NCBI RefSeq assembly: GCF_902459465.1
Contig: NC_047079.1
Location: forward strand, 7,502,001-7,566,000
Origin: Asterias rubens
Lineage: Eukaryota
Direction of reading: 5' to 3'
DNA length: 64,000 nt
Both the position numbers and the translations under genes were made by a program. A model generated the notes under the pieces. It was given only the letters and a program-made list of their open reading frames with translations. It made no database searches and was not told the DNA's origin. This document shows, piece after piece, positions 54,527 through 64,000 of this stretch (position 1 is its first letter; every line of letters starts with the position of its first letter).

Positions 54527-57500
54527 ATGACTCAACTGCGACAGAGCAATTTAGCAGAAGTGCTGAATGTCAAACATGTGAAACCAAAGCCAAGACTTCA
54601 TCCGAAGTCCACGAGGCGATCTCTGTTCAAGGAGAATGTTGCCCCAGGAGGAAAGAGCTTCAACAGAGGTCAGAGTTCTCCTCCAGAGAGAATTCTAAAG
54701 CCTCAAGAAAATGTTTGTTTGCAGCATCTTGTTGAGGAAAGGAATAAGCTGGAGAAGAAAATCGTCCAACATGGCCAAGAGACTAAAATCAGGACTGTAC
54801 ACCATCTACAAGACGTCACTGAAAAAACAATGATCCATCGTCACAATGAAGATTCAGTCTGGTTTCCATCAAACAAAACAAACAGTTTTATGAACGGACC
54901 TGTCAATGAACACTCAAGAAAACTTGATGCTGTTCTACAAGACAATGTTTTGTATCAATCGCGATCAACTGATTGTCTGAATGTAAAAGGAGCCAGCAAT
55001 AAGGCGCTAGACAAACAGACTTCAGTCCAGGATAATGTGTTGAATAGACTATGGCCACTGAATGACATTAACAGACCAATTTTGGAAAGAAAAAATCAAC
55101 AGACGATGGGAAGATTTCAGGATAATATCAAAAACAGCTGGAAATTACCTCTTGGAAGATATAATGAGGAAACTTTATGCAGTGACGAGCATTCAGTGAC
55201 ATCACTACTGCTTGAAATCGGTCCAGATTGGATCGAGGCAGATCAGAGTGGATTGATTGAGATTGGTGATGATAGAGGGAGTCGATTGAGTCATCACCCT
55301 CCGGTCCAAGAAAACCGGTACAATCCAGCTCTTCAAGATCATCACAACAAGCCGAAAGGGAATTCTGCTTCACAGTATCAAGAATGTGAAGAGACAGATG
55401 ACTGGAATAAACCAGATAGAACCGGTTCTGACCAGTTTCATCCAGCTATTGATGTTGAATCTGCATTCCTTGAAGACGCCCTTAGTGTACACACAGAGGC
55501 TGAACGGGTAAGATTTCTGTTTTGTCCTTAGATCAGGTCATTTCATCTTAGAGATGACAGGAACATTCTCACTTTGAAATGAGCACAGGACTAACATTGG
55601 AAAATTGTATTGGAAACTTTTAAGGGACACCTGGACCAAGAGTTTTTAAAATCTAAGACCGAAAACTAAATGAAGCAACTAAGATTATTGTGACGATGAA
55701 CTAAGGTGAATTAGATTTCAAGCTTTGTGTACATTTGGACTTACTGACATTGTTTATTCACCATGATGTTCAGTTGTGACACCACTTGCTACATTTGTGT
55801 AATAAATCACTTGCCATTTTGGGGAACTGAGCCCTCTGTTGGTGAAGATGAGGCAGCCGGTAAGATTAGAATAATGTGTCTGAATAGTAATTTAAATGCC
55901 TTCAATGGTTCCACGAGTCAGGCCTGTGGGAGTCCACAAGCTGTGTACTTCTTCCTTCCATGATCAAATAACTTAAGTTGTAAAAAAGCAATCAACAAAC
56001 AGCTTCTCTGATTTCCTGGCTCTATTCTCAGACAGTGTATCTCTTTTCAGCATTGCTCCATGCCTTCACAATGTACATTGAGGATGGGGAAAGGTGAATC
56101 CATTGTTTGTTTGGTATGGGTAGAGTGTCCTGGTAGTAGAATGAGGTGTGAAGAAAACAAGTTTTCTGTAGTCAATCAGAAAAGATCGTTGCTGGAGTCG
56201 ATTCTTGTTAACTGAGATCCTTTTAATGGAACAAAAACAATCTCCATGAAAAGATGTTTGTAAACTTGTTGTAATGGAATTTGAGTCTAGCAAGAATAGG
56301 TTGAGTAGACTACTTTGTAGCTTGAAGCATCAACGAGAGAGCATCATGTTCCTTTCTTGAAATATTTTTCTTAGAAAAAGTCTACCGAATGCTTTTATCT
56401 CCCCATGTCTCAGTAGAACAGTCCAACATTTACTGCCCAATCTGGTTTTGATTAAAAAAAAAATAATAATAATTCCCACAGTGACAGTGACCATTCAGTT
56501 TTCCAACTCGACAGAAAATCAGCCCTCACCCCTATCAGCCTAAATGAATGATATAGAAACTTGTGCACACCATAAGCTACTCTGAAAAGTCCATCCAATA
56601 CTTGCCACTGACATCTGTTAAACATATTTTAGCAACCCTAAAAACATTAACTTGTAGACTGCAAGTTGATCTCATGGTGTCACCCAAAGGTCACATAAGC
56701 AGAAACACTTTGAGTTGTAGTAATTTTCATCAGTTCACCCCTGAGAACAAAATGGTTCAATCCAATAAGTAACAGCCAATCATATCAAAGAACATGTGGC
56801 CATTCATGCATCTGATGAGAGCGACTGATGCTGTTGTGACAAATCCTAGTGTGGGTCCTACCATGGTCCTACACATAACTAGATGGACAAATACAGCCCA
56901 GTAAATACAACTACGTGCCATGTCCACAGAGAGCTGTGTACACTTAATAGTTTGTAATCCCATCCCATGGGATCTGTACTGTACACCAACCTTCACCACC
57001 TGTCGTGAAATATCATCTAAGTATGGTTACCAGGCCAATGGGTAAGCACCCGGCAGCTGGGATTTATTCAAAGTTAACCGGAGAGATTTGATAAAGTTCA
57101 AGTGGACAGTTGACTCGGTTTTTATTACCTGATGTGAGATTGAAATTTTCAAAAACCCACTTCTGGTTTTGTAAATCTCAATGGTAGTGCTCGATTTGAA
57201 TTTTCATTTTCTGAGTTTTACAAAAATAGATAATGAGCTTTATGTTTGAATACTTTGGATGCATTTCTCTGCACTCAGGATATTGTTTGTAATTTGGATT
57301 TGAGGCAAGGTAAGTTGTTTTAATTTTTTGTACATATTATGCTGTAACTATGAATGTTTTATCGTAGTGAAATATTTGATCGCTGTGTTGTGTACATATT
57401 TAAAGTAGATAGGAATCGGTTTAGTTGTAATTTATACAAATACAGCCAACCGCGAGTTGAAATTTGTTTGGATTATAATATAACTTGTTTTAGCTTGCAA

Positions 57501-60500
57501 AGGATACATGTATATCTTGGGTGTGAACAAGATAATTTTATGATTTATCAACTGTGCACTTGTAGTTTTTGAATAGTTTAAGACGAATGTCAGTTCTCCA
57601 TTCCATTTTCTGTAGGTCTATGATTATCACAGGTTCATGTAGATAATAAATGTTCAAATGTTCTCTACAATCTAACTGGTATGAAACATGAATCATTATA
57701 CACAATTTGAATCTGTCATGTCTGTAGAATCTGATCAGTGAAACTGTTATGTTTTGAACCAATACTTTTGTTGTGTTTTTCAGGAAGCAATACCCAATGT
57801 GTTCCTCCTCCTTAACTAATCCCCAAGACCTTGAAATAGTGACTGAGGAATGTTGCCTGAAGGGCAGTTGACATTTATGCAGCTGTCCCACTCTAGGTGT
57901 TTCCTGTCACCATGGTAACACAGGCTTACCAACTCACATATTTGCAGCTTCTCTGTAATTTATAGACAAACTGTAAATCAAAACTCTTCATATTGTTTGC
58001 CCTCTTGGTAGGAACATAGGAAGGGTAGGAAGGGAAATGTTGTAAACTGTTTGATTTGTTGTGCCCTTTGGCCACCATCTTTAGGTGTGATTCAAACTTT
58101 TGTTTTTGCTCAATCCACCCAGAAAACTATGTCACCTTCTGTTTAGAAAAGAGACCTTGTACATTCCGATGAATTTACTATGTTTTGATGCAAAATATGT
58201 TCTTTTACAAATTGAATACCCAATTAAAGATAAAAACTTAATGTACTTCGTTTTACTTGAAGAAGAAACAAAGACTGAAACCAAAGGAGACCAATGCAGC
58301 CATAAATCAGTACATGTATAAGATCAAATGCCAGTTGTGTATTTTTCTAAGAAGTTTTTATTTCATAAGCACTTACCTCTTGAAATTTGACCTTGAGACA
58401 GACAGGATCCCATCAGGATATTCTGTTTATTTCCAACTGCCAAAAGATGAATAACTATTTGGGAGGATCAGTGGATTCAATTAAATAAGGAGATTAGTTT
58501 GAAACTCTTGTGTTGGTTCAGATTAAAGCTGAAGGAATAAGAAGGCGGGGAATCGATATCTTAACAATGGTTTCTTAGTGACCCACTTACCTTGAAAACT
58601 CCTACCTCCTCCAAATATGTTGGCTAAGGTGGCTTTTGGTTTGTTTCCCCCGTCCCCCACCCCTCCTCCTCCCCTCCTTACCCCATCTTTTTAATAAATT
58701 CTCCCAACATTATCCTATCTTCAAACGCAGCTGCTGTGTTCATAAAAAATGCTCAAGTTGAAACTGCCAGATCAATCCTAAGTCTTGTTGAAAGATTTTT
58801 TGCACTGGATATAAAAAGCTAATGTTTTTTTTTTATGTCTAAAAATTGTGATTTTTTTTTTCATACTTCGTTTTGGGTTTATTTGTTGTCATTCTTAAAC
58901 TGAATTATTCTCTTGTTGTATGCACTCTTATCTTTTCCAGTTTTAATTTTTTTTTTTTTTTTAAATGCAACTTAATTCGTTTAGGTTACTTGTTTCATTC
59001 CATTCAATTATCTGAAATCAAGAAGTCAGTCTCTCTTTTACAAACAAGCTTCAGAGCGTTTCTTTTTCTAGTTTCTTACTCAACGTACACAAGGTGCCAA
59101 GACGTAGTATTGACTGATAGTAACAATGTACACAGAATGAGCTTTACTTTGTGATTTACAATGTTGGCATACATGTTATGTTGTGTTTGGGTGTGTGTGT
59201 TTAAAGCTAATCCGCACACATAACGTACACTTACTGCATTCAGTATGTCTCAAGATTTGAAACGGATAAAGGACATGATGGAGGAGGGGCATGTATAAGG
59301 TTTCCAGTACATTAGTATTTTGCCATGGAAGAAAGAAAATGGTTGGGACTTCATTTGTTTGTTCATGAGTTGTGGCTATCGGTCTCTATCCAGCAAAGTG
59401 TTTGAGAGAGATGACTGCTTCTAGATTAATAGGGGAGGAGGGGTAGGTACCTGTATGAAGTTTTCCAGTACATTAGTATTTGGCCATGGAGGAAAGAAAA
59501 TTTTTCTCTAAATTGTTTGTTTATTGATGACTTGATGAGTTGTGCCTATCTGTCCTTGACAAGCATAGTGTAAGAGAGAGAGACTGTATAGAGACAGCTT
59601 AGACCAGAGGATTTCATGGTCATGTTATGTTGGGACAACCTGTGCGATTAGGGGTACAGGTCTTCCAGGCATGTTTTTACACGATCTTGGCAATGTAAAA
59701 AAAAACAGCTCAGTCTGAATCAACTTCTAATCATATTCAAGCTCATGCCCAGTTTTCACTGACCATAAACCACATTTTATCAAACCACGCAAACCACTTT
59801 GTGCCAGTTGCTAAGTGCTTTAGTTCTGAACGGGTCATATTTCACTGTCAGCTAAGCTGAGGGCACAGAATCTGTGTTGACATTCTCCTTTATATAGATT
59901 AAGTCCAACATATGGAAATTAGTTCAAGTACTTTGATTGTTTGCAGTTCTTCCATCGATTGAAGTATATTATAAAAATTTGAATTTTGAATCGTAGAACA
60001 AATTATCATCTGTCTGCAGGCTTCCACAGTTTCCAATGAATTGAATTGCAGAGATGGGCTTAAAAGATATTTGACAAGTTACAACAATGTAGTTGTAGTT
60101 GACATTAGATGTTGGAAAACATTAGATGTTGGAAAACTACAAACTTCCAAAATAGTTTCATAATTTCCATTTGTTTTTTTTTTAAGTTAAACTTCATTTT
60201 GAAGCAGACCAGACCTGCTAGCAAGCGAAAAAAACCTGAGAACTTTAAATTGTTAGAATATTTTTCGCACAGTAATTTTCAACCGGACATTGGAAAACTT
60301 TAGTTTAAAAAACACAAAATTTGTGTTTTACTTGATCAATGATGACCTATTGCTTTTCTCTTATTTACAGGTGTTGAGTCCCGAAAAATGGCCAATAGAC
60401 GATCAAGCCATCGATGACATCATCATTAGCCAATCAGACAGCTCGCAGGACCAAAACAGCACCATGGACAATGATAGGCTAGGGTATATGGTTGACGAAT

Positions 60501-63500
60501 CACAGTCACATAACCCTGGACAAATACACACACACAACCCTGGACAGACACACAGACACAACCCCGGACACAGCCCAATGCAGACACCAACATACCACCC
60601 TGAGCAGTACATCGCTTCGGGTAAGTATTTGTTAGTAAATTGATCCTGCAGTGATCTTGCGGGAATATCAGGTTTTACTTTTAAAAAATGAGTTTATTAA
60701 AAGAATATTCAGATGTAATACATGGAGTCCAAAACTTGACTCCACAAAATGGCCGACAGTGAAAGTTCGCAGAGCAAAAGGAAAACCACGCACTTTTGAG
60801 GCATATGTGAATCATTGTATTCTACTTTAAAAAAAAACATCTTTCCAACCCGATACATTTCATAACAGTTTCAAACACTTTTTTATAGACGAACTCGCCC
60901 GATCCAAGGCAACGTGTTTCGTTTAAGAATGCTCCAGATTGCACAGTAGAGCTTTTTAAAACAACAAAGATAAAGCTCAAATTGAAAGTATTCAGAAGAC
61001 CTTGTTTCAATTCAAGCCTAGAATACCCTCAGTTAAGAATATCTTGGGGAGAACCTGCTCTATGCAGGTCACTGCCAGATTGAAAAAAATCACAGAGAGA
61101 AAAGGGCAGTGAAATTTGCAACTGTCAGATCTGTGTCAAACACCAAGATTTGTTGTCGTTGTGTGAAATTGGTGAAAAGGCAAATGTTTTCCGCTTTATC
61201 TTGATGTATTAGCAGACAGTGCAAAGAACTCATTAATTTATGTTCTAGTTCTATTAATGTCAGACAGTATGACAAATTAACTTGTTATCTTGACCTAAAA
61301 CTAACTTTGGATAACATTTTGTATTTGACAACGAAACTTCCTTTGTGATATTGGGGACACCTTTTACAGCCTAGAAGTAGACCATTTTGGAAATCAATCT
61401 CTATTGAACTGTGTTTTTTCCTGTCCCTGAGCACTTTGTACTCTGTACTTCCACAAGTCACAAGCTTATTACTTGGTGGGATTTGAACCCAAAACTGTTG
61501 CCATTCTAGAGTAGATGTCTTACCACTAGACCATCAAGCTTGCCAAGTAGCTAGAGACAGTGAGTTCCAGTCCTATTAGCAGCTGGCATCGCATCAACTT
61601 AATAGAATGTTTAAAGGCACTGGACACTATTGGTAATTGTCAAAGACTAGCCTGCACAGTTGGTGTATCAACCTGTGAAAACTTGTGCTCAATCAGTCAT
61701 CGAACTTGCGAGATAATAATGAAAGAAAAACACCCTTGTAACACAAAGTTGTGTGCGTGTAGATGGTTGATTTCGAGACCTCAAGTTCTAAATCTGAAGT
61801 CTCAAAATCAAATTCGTGGAAAATTACTTCTTTCTCGAAAACTATGGCACTTCAGAGGGAGCCGTTTCTCACAATGTTTTATACCATCAACCTCTCCCCA
61901 TTACTAGTTACCAATTAAGGTTTTATTCTAATAATTATTTTGAGTAATTACCAATAGTGTCCACTGCCTTTAATTTGCATCAGGGATAAAGAATGTGTGT
62001 TACGATACGTATTCTGCCTGTTTGCAGAGAATGCCATTATCATTAGAGCTACCAGCATGCCCAGTGACAAGAGGCAGTTTTGAGTCCCTGTTGGTCTTAC
62101 ATAAACAATAGTATTGTGGGAGTGTATGCAGGAGGGGGGGTTTACATAGGTTTATTAAAAGTACTGCTGGGGTCAGCTCATACTCAAATATTGGATTGAA
62201 CTTTGAAGTTAAGTATTCATAATTTTTGAGACCTAGAAAACCACTTGATGAAATCACCTATCAAGCTTGTTTATTGTTATACTAGCAGTATAAAGATGAT
62301 GTCATCATGTGTACACATTAAGTCTTTAAGTTCATGGTGGTATATTCACCCCAGTAATTGCCAGTAATTTGTAATCTTAAAGTGTTGATAAACATCTGAA
62401 AAGTCTGGCGGTTGTTAATGTGGAGTTTGCTGTAGTCGCCACAATGCATGATTGACTAATTCAAAAGCATTTGTCACCCAATTCAGACATTCTCTGAGTC
62501 AATCATCAACCCTTGGCTTGCGTTATTAATAATCTGGAATTCGTCCAACATAACGCTTGCCAGCACACCCTGATTCAGGCTCTGTAGATAATACACAAAG
62601 GTTGCTTGTTGACACTAACAGACAACGCCGTGAATGCGTCAAGTGTTTAGCAAATGGACGCACTGTATTATTTACTGGACTTTGCCCCGTAGATGAGTCT
62701 AGCGTTGCCATGACGCTGCCCTGGTTTGGACTTAAGCAAACGGAGCATGGATTGAAAGTCAATTCACCTAACTCTGATCAATTCTTTCGTCTGTTTGTTT
62801 TACTCTCTTGGTATTTTTTCTTTCTTGAATAGTGCATCGTGTGGAAGAGCTGGTCATAAAGAGCCCTTTACCACCATGGGATAGTCACGTCTACTCGCTG
62901 CCATCATTCCACAATCAACTTGGCTGCCCCCTGAACCAGAAAAGATTTGATTCAGATTACGAAGGACATCCCTATTCAGTCTTTCGACAGGATTCTAACT
63001 GCCACCCAGATGACGGCCTTCAGTCAAGGTCAATGTCTTCCCATCAAAGCCAACAAGAAGACGAGCTGTACTCAAAAAGGACTAACAGTTATGACGACAA
63101 ACATTTTATTGGCCGGAGTTTGGATACATTGTCAGGGAGCCAAAGAGACCATCCTGTCGACAACAGGTGGTTGGGAAGTGGTTCTGGAAGTACCTTCTCT
63201 GATGATGGTAGAGCGAGCTTGTACAGTCATGTAACTAACCCTGACAATCACTCCTGGGAAGTCAACTCCTCGTCTCAGAGTGAACTTTTCTCACACAGAT
63301 CAGATTCACATCATCTTAGCAAACACAACCTTGTCTCTGATAAAAACCAACCAATGTCACATTATGCAAGGAACTCATCAGGGAAAAATCGGAACCACAA
63401 CTTGCCGTTTTCTACCTCATCGTTAAGGTCAACTGGTGTTTATCCAAGTCCATCAGATGACAGTTTTGTTTATCCTCATCAAAGTAGCAGTTCTAGTCTC

Positions 63501-64000
63501 TCTGACTCGGCTGATGTTGCCGATGTTGATCTTCGAGAATTAGATAAACTAGATGATGCAGACCTTTATAGACTGTCTGAGGCTGATGATTTTATTCATT
63601 TGAAACCTAGGGAGGGTCTGTACACAAGATGTACTCCAGTTAAAGAGAACAAGAGGTTTCAAAAGGAGAGCGGGTCAACGATGAGGTCAATGGATGATGA
63701 TGAACCTGACAAGGAAGATGGCAAAGAAAAGGATGAAAGTGAAGAGGTCAAGGATGTCCATGAGATAAGAGGTCTGTCCAAAAACTGGAACAACAACAAC
63801 CTTGATGATGCCAACAGGATTCCTTCTCGACGAAAAAACCAACAAACTCTTGCATCCAATTCCAAGGATGTTAGGCGGAGAAAGCTCCATCTTGGACATG
63901 GAGTAGATTCAGTAGTAGACTCTGAGGAGAAGCTCAATGATGTGACAAAGGCCCCAACATCATGGAGGACTAACGAGGATAAGAAAAGACCAAGTGCTAA
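54527..64000 (+). CDS. Uncharacterised large low-complexity protein, 5' part (continues beyond the window)
   Basis: Phase-compatible exons 54527-55507 (phase 0 donor GTAAGA), 60371-60620 (phase 1 donor GTAAGT) and 62833->64000 (acceptor ttttctttcttgaatag; read by eye as open to the window end, about 389 codons, absent from the ORF track). S/D/E/Q/N-rich with no domain I recognise; extra exons are possible. Confidence 0.7.
61615..61969. mobile_element. Non-autonomous TTAA-specific DNA transposon (Kolobok-like)
   Basis: TTAA|aggcactggacactattggtaatt ... aattaccaatagtgtccactgcct|TTAA: 24-bp TIR with one mismatch, TTAA target duplication and AG..CT termini. Confidence 0.85.

Noticed and set aside
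56051-57894. Extra exons for the uncharacterised gene (56051-56093 and from 57784)
   Set aside because: Good-looking splice sites, but the phases do not chain to the flanking exons without stops.

Overview
AT-rich, intron-rich animal genomic DNA, probably an echinoderm (sea-star-like; inferred from gene set and repeat style, not verified). I reconstructed four conserved genes exon by exon with consistent intron phases: SLC12A9 (+, 13 coding exons, 910 aa, one U12-type minor intron), NSUN5 (+, 7 exons, 582 aa), TMEM222 (-, 5 exons, 196 aa) and PEX14 (+, 8 exons, 350 aa, first coding exon tandemly duplicated). The 5' part of an uncharacterised, low-complexity protein gene runs off the window end. 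The main find is a three-exon minus-strand gene (28088 to 19721) that the ORF track shows only in fragments. It encodes a 112-aa neuropeptide-type precursor: signal peptide, acidic spacer, and a KR-flanked peptide KSHFLFWRTPVFDKGQGSQ. That peptide has a somatostatin/cortistatin-like FW(R/K)T core but no cysteines, the gene has a CRE-containing promoter, and it lies about 19 kb from PEX14, a near neighbour of cortistatin in humans. The rest of the window is MITEs, tRNA-derived SINEs, LINE scraps and minisatellites. There is no CRISPR array, rRNA or credible tRNA gene.
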